Positions 29,988 through 39,971 of a stretch of 64,000 bases of DNA are shown piece by piece. The stretch is taken from contig WOZJ01000050.1 in NCBI GenBank assembly GCA_011620345.1, forward strand, positions 151,976 to 215,975, given 5' to 3'. How positions within the stretch are numbered: the stretch's first letter is position 1; each line of letters begins with the position of its first letter. The notes under the pieces were generated by a model that worked only from the letters and a program-made list of their open reading frames with translations, did not search any database and was not told the DNA's origin. The position numbers were made by a program, and so were the translations under genes. The stretch comes from Nitrospirota bacterium (GTDB lineage Bacteria; UBA2233).

Positions 29988-31233
29988 AACATCACCCACC
30001 AAGGAGTACGGAAAGACCATGGGAAAGGCGAAATTTGAGCGCACCAAGCCCCATCTAAACGTAGGCACGATCGGGCACGTCGACCACGGCAAGACAACGC
30101 TCACCGCGGCGATTACGAAGGTGCTGGCCAAGAAGGGGTTGGCCGAGTACGTCCCGTTTGATTCGATCGACAAAGCGCCAGAGGAGAAAGCCAGGGGCAT
30201 CACGATCGCCACGGCCCACGTCGAGTACCAGTCGCTAAAGCGCCACTACGCGCACGTCGACTGCCCTGGCCATGCAGACTACGTCAAGAACATGATCACC
30301 GGTGCCGCCCAGATGGACGGGGCTGTCGTGGTCGTCTCGGCCGCCGACGGGCCAATGCCACAGACAAGAGAGCACATCCTCCTGGCCCGTCAGGTGGGCG
30401 TCCCTTATATTGTCGTTTTTATGAACAAGGTGGACATGGTCGACGATCCCGAGCTTCTAGATTTGGTCGAGCTAGAGGTAAGAGAGCTTCTGTCCGAATA
30501 CCAGTTCCCGGGGGATGAGATTCCAGTGGTCCGTGGCAGCGCGCTCAAGGCCCTCAACGAGGGCACAGGCGAGCGGGACGACCCTAACTCCAAGCCCATC
30601 TGGGAGCTTCTGGACGCCCTGGATGCCTACATCCCCGAGCCAAAGAGGGAAACCGACAAGCCTTTCTTAATGGCAATCGAGGATGTGTTTACGATCTCCG
30701 GCCGGGGGACGGTCGTAACCGGCAGGATAGAGCGGGGTATCGTGAAGGTAGGCGACGAAGTCGAGATCGTCGGGTTCCACCCGACCGTCAAGACGGTCGT
30801 TACGGGCGTAGAGATGTTCCGAAAGCTCTTAGACGAGGGGAGGGCGGGGGACAACGTCGGCTGCCTTCTTAGAGGCGTCAAGCGTGACGATGTGGAACGT
30901 GGTCAGGTTCTGGCCAAGCCGGGTTCAATCACTCCGCATACGGTGTTCAAGGCCGAGGTCTACGTCCTTAAGAAGGAAGAAGGAGGCAGGCATACCCCGT
31001 TCTTTACGGGATACCGTCCCCAGTTCTATTTTCGGACGACGGACGTTACCGGTGTGGTAAAACTCCAAGAGGGTGTCGAGATGATCATTCCAGGGGATAA
31101 CGCCAACCTCGAGGTCGAGTTGATCGCCCCGGTGGCTCTCGAAGAGCAGGTCCGCTTCGCCATCCGTGAAGGCGGAAGGACGGTAGGTGCCGGTGTTGTA
31201 ACCCAGGTCGTGAAATAAAGGAGCGGGGGGATG
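29988..31233 (+). repeat. copy 2 of the 1246-bp perfect direct repeat (tuf plus flanks)
   Basis: Identical at every position I compared with 13723..14968. Confidence 0.9.
30019..31218 (+). CDS. tuf: elongation factor Tu (tufA-like copy in the str operon)
   Basis: 399 aa, protein identical to the copy at 13754..14953. Confidence 0.97.
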   Translation: MGKAKFERTKPHLNVGTIGHVDHGKTTLTAAITKVLAKKGLAEYVPFDSIDKAPEEKARGITIATAHVEYQSLKRHYAHVDCPGHADYVKNMITGAAQMDGAVVVVSAADGPMPQTREHILLARQVGVPYIVVFMNKVDMVDDPELLDLVELEVRELLSEYQFPGDEIPVVRGSALKALNEGTGERDDPNSKPIWELLDALDAYIPEPKRETDKPFLMAIEDVFTISGRGTVVTGRIERGIVKVGDEVEIVGFHPTVKTVVTGVEMFRKLLDEGRAGDNVGCLLRGVKRDDVERGQVLAKPGSITPHTVFKAEVYVLKKEEGGRHTPFFTGYRPQFYFRTTDVTGVVKLQEGVEMIIPGDNANLEVELIAPVALEEQVRFAIREGGRTVGAGVVTQVVK

Positions 31234-31542
31234 TTTTCTCAAAAAGTCCGGATTAAACTCAAAGGGTACGACTGCCGACTTTTGGATACGACTGTTTTGG
31301 ATATTATCGAGACAGCGAAACGTACAGGAGCGCGTGTTGCGGGCCCAATTCCTTTGCCGACAAGAATTGAAAGATTTACGGTAAACCGTGCGACTAACGT
31401 GGACAAGAAATCCAGAGAACAGTTCGAAATCCGGACGCACGCAAGGGTCATTGATATCATTGAACCTACTCAAACAACTGTGGACGAGCTGGGCAGGTTG
31501 GACATATCGGCAGGTATAGACGTTGAAATCAAGCTAACGTAA
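31231..31542 (+). CDS. rpsJ: 30S ribosomal protein S10
   Basis: 103 aa canonical S10. Only 12 nt after the tuf stop. Confidence 0.95.
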   Translation: MFSQKVRIKLKGYDCRLLDTTVLDIIETAKRTGARVAGPIPLPTRIERFTVNRATNVDKKSREQFEIRTHARVIDIIEPTQTTVDELGRLDISAGIDVEIKLT

Positions 31543-31551
31543 GGAACAGTC

Positions 31552-32196
31552 ATGCTTACGGCAATGATCGGAAGAAAGCTTGGCATGACCCAGGTTTTCC
31601 AAGAGAACGGAAAATGTATTCCTGTCACCGTTATAGAGGCGGGTCCTTGTACGGTTACACAGGTAAAAATGAAGGCGCACGACGGGTATGACGCCGTGCA
31701 GTTAGGTTATGGCCCTGTTTCAATCCAGCGTATGAAACGTCCCCTGAGGGGGCATTTAAGCAAGGCCAAGAAGGGCGGGTTTCGTTTTCTAAGGGAAGTC
31801 AAGATCCTGAATGACGCCTCTTCGGAGGGGGTGGAGCTCGGTTTGGAGGTTTGTGCCGATATTTTCTTGGACTCCAAGAAAATAGACGTGGTTGGGGTGT
31901 CAAAAGGAAAGGGCTTCCAGGGGGTTATGAAGCGGCATGGTTTCGCCGGCGGCGTGGCGACCCATGGGTCGATGTTCCATAGGGCTCCCGGCTCGATTGG
32001 TTCCGGTACGGATCCGGCTCGAGTATGGAAGGGGCAACGTCTTCCTGGTCGAACAGGAGGAGAGCGAATGACACAGCTTAACCTAGAAGTAATCAAGGTT
32101 GTTCCAGAAAAAAATATTCTCCTCGTCAAAGGGGCAGTTCCGGGCCCTTTAGGCGGCCTCCTTATGATCCGGAAGGCAATAAAAGGTGGAGCTTAA
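31552..32196 (+). CDS. rplC: 50S ribosomal protein L3
   Basis: 214 aa canonical L3. Confidence 0.95.
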   Translation: MLTAMIGRKLGMTQVFQENGKCIPVTVIEAGPCTVTQVKMKAHDGYDAVQLGYGPVSIQRMKRPLRGHLSKAKKGGFRFLREVKILNDASSEGVELGLEVCADIFLDSKKIDVVGVSKGKGFQGVMKRHGFAGGVATHGSMFHRAPGSIGSGTDPARVWKGQRLPGRTGGERMTQLNLEVIKVVPEKNILLVKGAVPGPLGGLLMIRKAIKGGA

Positions 32197-32200
32197 GCCC

Positions 32201-32848
32201 ATGGAGCTGGACGTTTTCGATATTCAGCGCAACAAGGTTGGGGAAGTGAGCCTTCCGGACGACTTTTTCCCAAAAGATTGGAAACCATGGCTTATTCAGG
32301 AGGTCATTAAAGAGCTAGCCCAGGGAAACCGTAGCGGAACTCGGAAAACGAAGTCGCGGGGCGAAGTCAGTGGAGGCGGGAAAAAGCCATGGAAACAAAA
32401 GGGCACAGGAAGAGCAAGACAGGGAAGCAACACGTCTCCCGTTTGGGCTAGAGGCGGGACTGCTCATGGGCCTAAGCCCAAAGAGTATTCCGCCCATGTC
32501 TCAAAAAAGAAGAAAATCGCGGCTTTAAGGCAAATATTAGGCTATAAGTACCGGGAGGGACAGCTATTCGTACTCGACCCCCCTGCATTGTCGGAGCCTA
32601 AAACAAGATTGTTTGCGAAAGATTTTGCATCCTTTCTCTCCCCCTATCGAACGGCTTTGTTCTTTGTGGACAAACAAGAAGACACCTTCTTCCGGGTTAC
32701 TAGGAACCTTCCTTGGACAAAGACTTTGGCTATCGAAGGGCTGAATGTGTACGATCTGGCAAAACACGATGTGGTTGTGTTCGCCAAAAAAACCTTTGAA
32801 GAACTCTTAGGGAAACATCGATGGACGGAAAGCTCTACGAAGTCATAA
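32201..32848 (+). CDS. rplD: 50S ribosomal protein L4
   Basis: Start placed at ATG 32201 (RBS AAAAGGTGGAG), which aligns with the MEL... start of L4. The ORF track opens at GTG 32186. Confidence 0.9.
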   Translation: MELDVFDIQRNKVGEVSLPDDFFPKDWKPWLIQEVIKELAQGNRSGTRKTKSRGEVSGGGKKPWKQKGTGRARQGSNTSPVWARGGTAHGPKPKEYSAHVSKKKKIAALRQILGYKYREGQLFVLDPPALSEPKTRLFAKDFASFLSPYRTALFFVDKQEDTFFRVTRNLPWTKTLAIEGLNVYDLAKHDVVVFAKKTFEELLGKHRWTESSTKS

Positions 32849-33141
32849 TTTCTCCTCATATCACGGAAAAGAGCGTGCAAATACCGCCCAACAGCAACCG
32901 GGTCGTTTTTCGTGTTCAGCCATGGGCTAGCAAGGGGCTCATAAAAGAGGCGATCGAGCGGTTGTTTAAGGTCAAAGTCGAACGAGTGCATGTGCTACAC
33001 GTCCAAGGAAAGGCAAGGAGGGCCGGCCTTCGCAAGGGGAAGGAGGCCGACTGGAAGAAGGCATATGTAACACTCAAGCAAGGTGAACAGGTAGAAGTAT
33101 TCCACGGGATGGTGGGAAAGGACGCTCGATATGCCTCTTAA
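32821..33141 (+). CDS. rplW: 50S ribosomal protein L23
   Basis: 106 aa L23-like. Overlaps the rplD end. Confidence 0.9.
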   Translation: MDGKLYEVIISPHITEKSVQIPPNSNRVVFRVQPWASKGLIKEAIERLFKVKVERVHVLHVQGKARRAGLRKGKEADWKKAYVTLKQGEQVEVFHGMVGKDARYAS

Positions 33142-33952
33142 GCCGCACAAACCAACGTCTCCAGGCCTTAGACAGCGGGTTTCGCCTACGTACGAAGAAA
33201 TCACCAGACAGGAGCCGGAGAAGGGGCTGGTTGAAATTCTAAAGCGTAAGGCTGGCCGTAATAACCAAGGGCGGATCACCGCATGGTGTCGCGGCGGAGG
33301 GTCCAAGCAGTACTACAGGATTATTGACTTTCGTAGGAACAAGCGCGATGTGTCGGCTAGGGTTATCCATATCGAGTACGACCCAAACCGTACATGCAGG
33401 ATTGCGCTGCTTTTGTACAAAGATGGCGAGCGAAGGTATATTTTAGCCCCTTCCGGGCTAAAGGTCGACGATGAAGTAATGGCTGCTGTCAGCGCTGACA
33501 TTCGCCCCGGCAACGCTCTTCCGCTTAGGGCGATCCCTACAGGAACGCAAATTCACAATATTGAACTCAAGCAAGGAAAGGGTGGCCAGCTTGTCCGAGC
33601 GGCAGGAGCAGCGGCTGAGCTGCTAAACAAGGTTGACTCCTACGCCCACGTCAAGCTCCCCTCCGGAGAGGTCCGGCTGATTCACCTTGACTGTTATGCA
33701 TCTATCGGCCAAGTAGGAAATATTGAGCATGCCACAGAAGCCCTAGGAAAAGCCGGGGCAACCATGCACAGGGGTCGAAGGCCAAGCGTAAGGGGCGTGG
33801 CCATGAACCCGGTTGACCACCCTCTTGGCGGCGGTGAAGGGAAGAGCTCTGGCGGGAGACACCCTACCACCCCCTGGGGAAAGCCGACAAAGGGGTACAA
33901 AACAAGGAAGCGCAAAGACACAGACAAATTTATTGTAAAGCGCAGGAAGTAA
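33131..33952 (+). CDS. rplB: 50S ribosomal protein L2
   Basis: 273 aa canonical L2. Confidence 0.95.
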   Translation: MPLKPHKPTSPGLRQRVSPTYEEITRQEPEKGLVEILKRKAGRNNQGRITAWCRGGGSKQYYRIIDFRRNKRDVSARVIHIEYDPNRTCRIALLLYKDGERRYILAPSGLKVDDEVMAAVSADIRPGNALPLRAIPTGTQIHNIELKQGKGGQLVRAAGAAAELLNKVDSYAHVKLPSGEVRLIHLDCYASIGQVGNIEHATEALGKAGATMHRGRRPSVRGVAMNPVDHPLGGGEGKSSGGRHPTTPWGKPTKGYKTRKRKDTDKFIVKRRK

Positions 33953-33955
33953 TGT

Positions 33956-34243
33956 ATGGGAAGATCGCTTAAAAAAGGGCCTTTTGTAGATGGACATCTT
34001 CTTGAGAAGGCCATGCGTGCGGTAGAGACGAAAGACAAGAAGGTGATCAAAACATGGTCACGCAGGTCAATGGTGCTCCCTGAATTTATCGGGCTTACGT
34101 TTGCCGTCCATAACGGCAAAAAATTCATTCCTGTGTATGTTACGGAGAATATGGTGGGCCACAGGTTGGGAGAGTTCTCCCCGACGCGGACCTTTACACA
34201 GCACTCTGGAGATCGGAAGGCCAAAGTTGCACGCGGGAAATAA
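33956..34243 (+). CDS. rpsS: 30S ribosomal protein S19
   Basis: 95 aa canonical S19. Confidence 0.95.
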   Translation: MGRSLKKGPFVDGHLLEKAMRAVETKDKKVIKTWSRRSMVLPEFIGLTFAVHNGKKFIPVYVTENMVGHRLGEFSPTRTFTQHSGDRKAKVARGK

Positions 34244-34266
34244 AAAAAGAGACGAGGAGAGAGGTT

Positions 34267-34599
34267 GTGGCTGCTTACGCCCTCCTAAGGTATGCGAGGG
34301 TTTCGCCGAGGAAGGCCAGGCTTGTTGCGGAGGCCATCGAGGGGAGGCGAGCCGAGTATGCGGTTGCGTTGCTCGAGAACATCCCCCAAAAGGCCGCGAC
34401 AATCATGCGGAAAGTACTCAGGTCGGCAATATTTAACGCGACCCAGGATGTTAGCGTTGACGTTGACAATCTGGTCGTAAGTCAGGTGCGGGTGGATAGC
34501 GGGCCCATGTCGAAGCGGTTCAGGCCGATGTCGATGGGAAGGGCTGGAAAGATTCGGAAGAGGACATCTCACATTCGAGTGGAGCTTGCAGAGAGGTAA
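34267..34599 (+). CDS. rplV: 50S ribosomal protein L22
   Basis: 110 aa L22. Confidence 0.93.
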   Translation: MAAYALLRYARVSPRKARLVAEAIEGRRAEYAVALLENIPQKAATIMRKVLRSAIFNATQDVSVDVDNLVVSQVRVDSGPMSKRFRPMSMGRAGKIRKRTSHIRVELAER

Positions 34600-34604
34600 G
34601 GGAC

Positions 34605-35261
34605 ATGGGACATAAGATTCATCCAAGAGGGCTTCGGATTGGGATCTTGGAAACGTGGGATTCCAGATGGTTTATGCAGACGAACTATGCGCAGACGCTT
34701 GATGAGGACAACCGCATCCGGAGGTATTTAAAAGAAAGGCTCTATACCTCTGGGGTGAGCAGAATACTCATCGAAAGGCGCGGAAACCGCCTCTGGATTA
34801 CTATTCTTAGCGCTAGACCTGGCTTAATTATAGGGAAAAAAGGTCAGGAAGTCGAAAGATTAAGGGAAGAGCTGCGGATGTATACGGACAAAGAGTCTCA
34901 TCTGAATATCCAAGAGGTGAAGCGGCCTGAGACAGATGCGCAGCTAATCGCAGAAAACGTGGCCTTGCAGCTTGAACGCCGAGTGTCTTACCGTAGGGCC
35001 ATGAAGAGGGCTATGGCCAACGCCATGCGGTTTGGGGCGCAAGGATGCAAAATTGCATGCGCAGGAAGGCTTCAGGGGGCGGAAATAGCCCGTACGGAAT
35101 GGTATAAAGAAGGCCGAATTCCCCTTCAGACCTTAAGAGCCTCGATTGGCTATGGCTTTGCGGAATCAAAGACGAAATACGGGGTGATCGGGGTCAAGGT
35201 ATGGATATTTAAAGGAGAAGTGTTGGAACAGCCCATTATGAGGGGGGAGGTCCATGCTTAG
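34605..35261 (+). CDS. rpsC: 30S ribosomal protein S3
   Basis: 218 aa. KH domain plus S3 C-terminal domain. Confidence 0.95.
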   Translation: MGHKIHPRGLRIGILETWDSRWFMQTNYAQTLDEDNRIRRYLKERLYTSGVSRILIERRGNRLWITILSARPGLIIGKKGQEVERLREELRMYTDKESHLNIQEVKRPETDAQLIAENVALQLERRVSYRRAMKRAMANAMRFGAQGCKIACAGRLQGAEIARTEWYKEGRIPLQTLRASIGYGFAESKTKYGVIGVKVWIFKGEVLEQPIMRGEVHA

Positions 35262-35667
35262 CCCTAGTAAGGTCAAGTATAGGAAGCAGCAGCGCGGGCG
35301 GATGAAGGGGTTTGCCACTCGCGGCAATTGGCTTGCCTTTGGCGATTATGGTGTCCAGGCAATGGAGTGCTGCTGGCTGACAGCTAGACAGATTGAAGCC
35401 GCTCGAATCGCTATTACACGCCACCTTAAGCGTGGCGGCAAGGTGTGGATTCGGGTATTTCCGGACAAGCCTGTCAGCAAAAAGCCTGCTGAAACACGAA
35501 TGGGGAAAGGGAAGAGTGCCCCGGAGTTCTGGGTTGCGGTCGTCAAGCCTGGGCGCATTCTCTATGAAGTTACGGGAACCGATGCAGAGTTGGCCAAGGA
35601 AGCGGTACGGTTGGCTAGCCACAAGCTGCCGATCAAGACTCGGTTTGTAATGCGTGAGGCGGTATAG
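35254..35667 (+). CDS. rplP: 50S ribosomal protein L16
   Basis: 137 aa canonical L16. Confidence 0.95.
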   Translation: MLSPSKVKYRKQQRGRMKGFATRGNWLAFGDYGVQAMECCWLTARQIEAARIAITRHLKRGGKVWIRVFPDKPVSKKPAETRMGKGKSAPEFWVAVVKPGRILYEVTGTDAELAKEAVRLASHKLPIKTRFVMREAV

Positions 35668-35669
35668 CA

Positions 35670-35873
35670 ATGGAAAATGCAGGAATTTTGCGTGAAAAAT
35701 CAAAAGAGGCGCTGGTCAAGGTGCTTGACGAAGCCAGGGAAAACCTTTTTCGATTGAGAATGCAAAAAGCAATTGGGCAGCTGGAAAATACGGCTCAGCT
35801 CAAGAGCACGCGCAGACAGATTGCCAGGATTCTGACCGTAATTGCACAAAAGGACGAGGTCCATGGGAATTAA
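35670..35873 (+). CDS. rpmC: 50S ribosomal protein L29
   Basis: 67 aa L29. Confidence 0.9.
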   Translation: MENAGILREKSKEALVKVLDEARENLFRLRMQKAIGQLENTAQLKSTRRQIARILTVIAQKDEVHGN

Positions 35874-36159
35874 AGAACGCGGACAACCCAAGAGGCTGAT
35901 AGGAACCGTCGTAAGCGCTAAGATGGATAAGACTCGGTCTGTTGTGGTCGAGCACCACAAAAAAGATCCGCTATACGGCAAATATATTAGAATAAAGCGG
36001 AAAATTATGGCGCACGACTCCAACAGTCTAACGCATGAGGGAGATCGGGTTGAGATTGTCGCGTGCCGGCCTATAAGTAAGGCAAAGTGCTGGCGCGTGA
36101 CCCGTGTCCTGCGCTTAGTCATTGCTGAACCCGCGCAACAGGAGGGGCAGGTCGAATGA
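35863..36159 (+). CDS. rpsQ: 30S ribosomal protein S17
   Basis: Start chosen at ATG 35863 ([18 protein letters not shown]...), which aligns with the S17 N-terminus. It overlaps the rpmC stop. Confidence 0.88.
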   Translation: MGIKERGQPKRLIGTVVSAKMDKTRSVVVEHHKKDPLYGKYIRIKRKIMAHDSNSLTHEGDRVEIVACRPISKAKCWRVTRVLRLVIAEPAQQEGQVE

Positions 36160-36524
36160 TCCAGATGCAAACTCTTCTGGAAGCCGCCGACAATTCGGGG
36201 GCCAAGAAGCTTTACTGTATCCATGTCCACGGGGGCTCCAGCAGGCGTTATGCTTCTTTAGGGGACCTTATTACCGTTTCTGTTAAGGAAGCAATCCCAA
36301 ACGGGAAGGTAAAAAAAGGAGACGTACTTAGAGCCGTGGTGGTTCGGTGCAAGAAGGAGGTCCGGAGAGAGGATGGTAGCTATGTCCGATTTGACCACAA
36401 TGCTGCCGTACTCGTAAACAAGCAGAACGAACCGATCGGAACCCGTATCTTTGGCCCGGTTGGCAGAGAGCTTCGAGCTAGGCGCTTTATGAAAGTCATT
36501 TCCTTGGCCCCTGAGGTGGTATAA
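36156..36524 (+). CDS. rplN: 50S ribosomal protein L14
   Basis: 122 aa canonical L14. ATGA overlap with the rpsQ stop. Confidence 0.95.
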   Translation: MIQMQTLLEAADNSGAKKLYCIHVHGGSSRRYASLGDLITVSVKEAIPNGKVKKGDVLRAVVVRCKKEVRREDGSYVRFDHNAAVLVNKQNEPIGTRIFGPVGRELRARRFMKVISLAPEVV

Positions 36525-36525
36525 A

Positions 36526-36837
36526 ATGCTTGAGATCAAAAAGAACGATGCCGTAGTGGTCGTTGCTGGCAAGGAAAAAGGCAAGCGAGGAAAAGTGTTA
36601 AGTCTCTCGAGGGAGAAGGGTCGTGTTTTGGTAGAGGGATTAAACAAGATCAAGAAGCATGCAAAGCCCTCAAAGAGCTTTCCAGAGGGCGGCATTATAG
36701 AAAAAGAGGGCTCATTGTCGATTTCTAACGTGATGCTCGTCTGCCAACACTGCGACAAAGGGGTGCGGTATCGCTCGACAATGACCGAGGACGGAAGGAA
36801 AGTGAGAACGTGCGTGCATTGTGGCAACGTACTCTAA
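36526..36837 (+). CDS. rplX: 50S ribosomal protein L24 (variant with C-terminal CxxC...CxxC)
   Basis: 103 aa with a KOW N-terminus. The C-terminal 30 aa carry CQHC...CVHC. Confidence 0.9.
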   Translation: MLEIKKNDAVVVVAGKEKGKRGKVLSLSREKGRVLVEGLNKIKKHAKPSKSFPEGGIIEKEGSLSISNVMLVCQHCDKGVRYRSTMTEDGRKVRTCVHCGNVL

Positions 36838-36868
36838 CGCTCAAAACCACAGAGGATGCATAACGTAG

Positions 36869-37411
36869 ATGGCTACGCTGAAGGAAAAATACATCGAAGA
36901 AATTCTTCCAAGACTCCTTAAAGAGTCTGGCTTCAAGAATCCGATGGAAGCCCCAAAATTGAGTAAGGTTACGATCAACATGGGGCTTGGGGAGGCGGTT
37001 CAAGACCCAAAGCTTATCGCCCAATGTCAAGAGGATGTGGCTGCAATTACAGGCCAAAAGGCCGTCGCCACGCGTGCCAAGAAGTCGATTGCAAATTTTA
37101 AACTGCGGCAAGGTCTTCCTATTGGGGTGAGAGTAACGCTTCGACGGGACAGGATGTATGATTTTGTTGAGCGTCTCGTTTCTATCGCTATCCCCAGAAT
37201 AAAAGACTTTCGTGGAATTTCGCCAAGGGGGTTTGACGGGCACGGGAACTATACGCTAGGCCTAAAAGATCAGATGCTTTTCCCTGAAATTGAGTACGAC
37301 CAGGTCTACAAGCCTAAAGGAATGAACATTACGTTCGTAACTACAGCCAAAACGGATTCACATGCCAGGATGCTGTTGGAACAGCTTGGCCTACCGTTCC
37401 GGAAGGGGTAA
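36869..37411 (+). CDS. rplE: 50S ribosomal protein L5
   Basis: 180 aa canonical L5. Confidence 0.95.
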   Translation: MATLKEKYIEEILPRLLKESGFKNPMEAPKLSKVTINMGLGEAVQDPKLIAQCQEDVAAITGQKAVATRAKKSIANFKLRQGLPIGVRVTLRRDRMYDFVERLVSIAIPRIKDFRGISPRGFDGHGNYTLGLKDQMLFPEIEYDQVYKPKGMNITFVTTAKTDSHARMLLEQLGLPFRKG

Positions 37412-37418
37412 GGAAATC

Positions 37419-37604
37419 ATGGCAAGGAAGTGTCTTATTGTTAAAAGCCGAAGACCGGCCAAGTATCACGTCCAACAACGGAATAGGTGCAACCTTTGTG
37501 GTAGGCCTAGAGGATATTACAGGAAGTTTGGCTTGTGTCGGATCTGCCTGCGTACGCTTGCCCATAAAGGGGAGCTGCCAGGGGTTCAAAAAGCCAGCTG
37601 GTAG
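37419..37604 (+). CDS. rpsZ: 30S ribosomal protein S14, short zinc-binding type (S14 type Z)
   Basis: 61 aa from internal ATG 37419 ([10 protein letters not shown]...). CxxC...CxxC is present. Confidence 0.9.
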   Translation: MARKCLIVKSRRPAKYHVQQRNRCNLCGRPRGYYRKFGLCRICLRTLAHKGELPGVQKASW

Positions 37605-37615
37605 GGGAGACAAGT

Positions 37616-38014
37616 ATGGTCACAGATCCTTTGGGAGATTTGCTTATCCGGCTTAAGAACGCCCAAGCTGTCCGGAAAGAAGTTGTCAGGATGCCTTCCT
37701 CAAGGTTGAAGGTAGAAGTGCTTGGTGTCCTTAAGGAGGAAGGGTTCATCCAGGAGGTTGAGCCGATCGAGGAAAAAGTCCAGTCTCTTCTTGAGGTAAG
37801 CCTCAGGTTTCTTAACAGGTTTCGCGGGGCAATTCAAGGTGCAACGAGAGTCAGCAAGCCGGGGCGCCGGGTGTACATGGGTGCCGAAGAGCTTAAGAAA
37901 TGGATAGGGAAACGTTCCGGCGTCTGGGTCCTGTCCACTTCAAAGGGTATTATGACCCATAATCGGGCGCTTGAACAGAAAGTGGGAGGCGAAGTCCTCC
38001 TGCATATCTGGTAG
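37616..38014 (+). CDS. rpsH: 30S ribosomal protein S8
   Basis: 132 aa S8. Confidence 0.95.
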   Translation: MVTDPLGDLLIRLKNAQAVRKEVVRMPSSRLKVEVLGVLKEEGFIQEVEPIEEKVQSLLEVSLRFLNRFRGAIQGATRVSKPGRRVYMGAEELKKWIGKRSGVWVLSTSKGIMTHNRALEQKVGGEVLLHIW

Positions 38015-38038
38015 CGGCCAAAAACGCGGAGTGCGATT

Positions 38039-38584
38039 ATGTCACGAATCGGGAAAAACCCCATCCTTTTGCCAGAGGGGGTAAGGGCCGAAATCATGGA
38101 TGGCGGCATGGTGCGCGTAGCCGGTCCGAAAGGTGCTCTCACGCATAAATTGCATGAAGGCATCGCTGCTAAGCTTGTTGGGGGCACCCTTCAGGTATTT
38201 CCTACACAAGAGAGCCGAAAACACAGGGCTCTATGGGGGCTCAACAGGACCCTTGTGGCCAATATGGTGGAAGGGGTGCACCGAGGGTTTCGGAAAGGCT
38301 TGGAGATTGTGGGTGTGGGGTATCGGGCTGAGATGCGTGAGGATGGTCTACACGTTAACGTCGGCTATTCGCACCCTGTCGTTTTCAGGCTACCAGATGG
38401 GGTGCGGGCAAGTGTAGAGCGGCAGGTCTATATCTCCCTTGAAGGGATCGACAAGTATCTCGTAGGGGAGACTGCTGCTCGAATTCGGAGGGTTCGTCCC
38501 CCCGATTCCTACAAAGGAAAGGGTATTCGCTATCAAGGAGAGGTGCTGAAGCTTAAGGAAAGCAAGAAATCTGCCAAGAAGTAA
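38039..38584 (+). CDS. rplF: 50S ribosomal protein L6
   Basis: 181 aa L6. Confidence 0.95.
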   Translation: MSRIGKNPILLPEGVRAEIMDGGMVRVAGPKGALTHKLHEGIAAKLVGGTLQVFPTQESRKHRALWGLNRTLVANMVEGVHRGFRKGLEIVGVGYRAEMREDGLHVNVGYSHPVVFRLPDGVRASVERQVYISLEGIDKYLVGETAARIRRVRPPDSYKGKGIRYQGEVLKLKESKKSAKK

Positions 38585-38596
38585 CAAGGAGAGACC

Positions 38597-38968
38597 GTGG
38601 CGGACATTGTAGGGAAAGAGGCATGGCTCAAAAGGAAGCGGCGCATACGGAAGAAAATATCCGGCTCGTCTGATCGGCCTCGCGTGAGCGTGTTCCGTAG
38701 CAGACGTAATTTTAGCGCGCAGGCGATCGACGATGGTTGTGGGGCCACCCTAGCGAGCATTTCTACGGAAAGCCTGCATGTAAAAGAAGGCCTGAAAATG
38801 GAGGGGAACGTCTTGGTAGAAAATGCGAAGGCCTTGGGTGTTCAGTTTGCCAAGATTCTTCAGGAAAAAGGTATATCGATGATTGTTTTTGATAGGAACG
38901 GCTATGCCTTCCATGGTCTGGTCAGGGCCTTCGCCGAGGGCGCGCGCGAAGGCGGGGTTCTCTTTTAA
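38597..38968 (+). CDS. rplR: 50S ribosomal protein L18
   Basis: 123 aa L18. Confidence 0.92.
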   Translation: MADIVGKEAWLKRKRRIRKKISGSSDRPRVSVFRSRRNFSAQAIDDGCGATLASISTESLHVKEGLKMEGNVLVENAKALGVQFAKILQEKGISMIVFDRNGYAFHGLVRAFAEGAREGGVLF

Positions 38969-39489
38969 TGAGACAGGGTAGCATGCGAGATGGTTCGCCA
39001 AAAAGGGGGCGCAAGGAATCGCCGGCAGATGAGTTCAGCGAACGCGTTTTGACGATCAACCGGGTAGCCAAAGTGGTGGCCGGGGGCAAGAGGTTTAGCT
39101 TTAGTTCCCTCGTGGTCGTGGGAAACGGCCAAGGGTTTGTAGGGGTAGGCCTTGGAAAAGCCAAAGAAGTTCCCGAATCAATCCGAAAAGCCATGTCACG
39201 GGCGAAAAAGAAGTTGCTCGCCGTTGAGCTTGTCGGAGAGGGAACGATTGCGCATGAGGCGATAGGATGTTTCGGAGCCTCTCAGGTAATCCTTAAGCCA
39301 GCGTCGCCCGGAACTGGCGTGATCGCCGGTGGTGCTGTCCGGGCAATTCTTGAGGCCCTTGGAGTACGGAATGTGTTGACAAAATCCTTGGGGTCCAACA
39401 ATCCGCACAACCTTTCCAGAGCGACGCTTGATGCCCTTGAGCAAATCATGGAGCAATCACGTTCCCAGCGGTCCAGAAAGACGGCGTAA
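38968..39489 (+). CDS. rpsE: 30S ribosomal protein S5
   Basis: 173 aa S5. There is no L30 gene between it and rplO. Confidence 0.95.
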   Translation: MRQGSMRDGSPKRGRKESPADEFSERVLTINRVAKVVAGGKRFSFSSLVVVGNGQGFVGVGLGKAKEVPESIRKAMSRAKKKLLAVELVGEGTIAHEAIGCFGASQVILKPASPGTGVIAGGAVRAILEALGVRNVLTKSLGSNNPHNLSRATLDALEQIMEQSRSQRSRKTA

Positions 39490-39521
39490 ACGTTCAAGAT
39501 CAAGCAAAGAAGGAACAGAGC

Positions 39522-39971
39522 ATGCCTATTTTAGCATCCTTGGTTAGCCCTAGGGGGGCGAAACGTCGCAAAAAGCGGCTGGGAAGCGGACCTGGCTCCG
39601 GCCACGGAAAGACGGCAACACGAGGGACCAAGGGAGCAAAGGCACGGTCGGGTGTTGAAACCTCTCCCGGATTTGAAGGAGGGCAGATGTCGTTCAAGAG
39701 GCGTATCCCTAAAAGGGGGTTTACCAACCCTTCTAGGAGGGACTATGCCGTCTTGAATCTCTTGCAGGTATCCAGAATTGAGGGCAGGAACGAGTTGGAT
39801 GAGGCATTCTTGTTCGCCTACTTTCGTATCCCTAAGCACTTTTCGGGGATTAAGCTGCTCGCCCAAGGAAGCGCAACCAGGCCCATTACTATTCGAGTCT
39901 CAAAAGCATCCAAAACAGCTGTAGCCAAGGTAGAGCAGGCGGGCGGAAAGGTCGAGTTCATCAGTGCTTAG
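39522..39971 (+). CDS. rplO: 50S ribosomal protein L15
   Basis: 149 aa L15. Confidence 0.93.
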   Translation: MPILASLVSPRGAKRRKKRLGSGPGSGHGKTATRGTKGAKARSGVETSPGFEGGQMSFKRRIPKRGFTNPSRRDYAVLNLLQVSRIEGRNELDEAFLFAYFRIPKHFSGIKLLAQGSATRPITIRVSKASKTAVAKVEQAGGKVEFISA

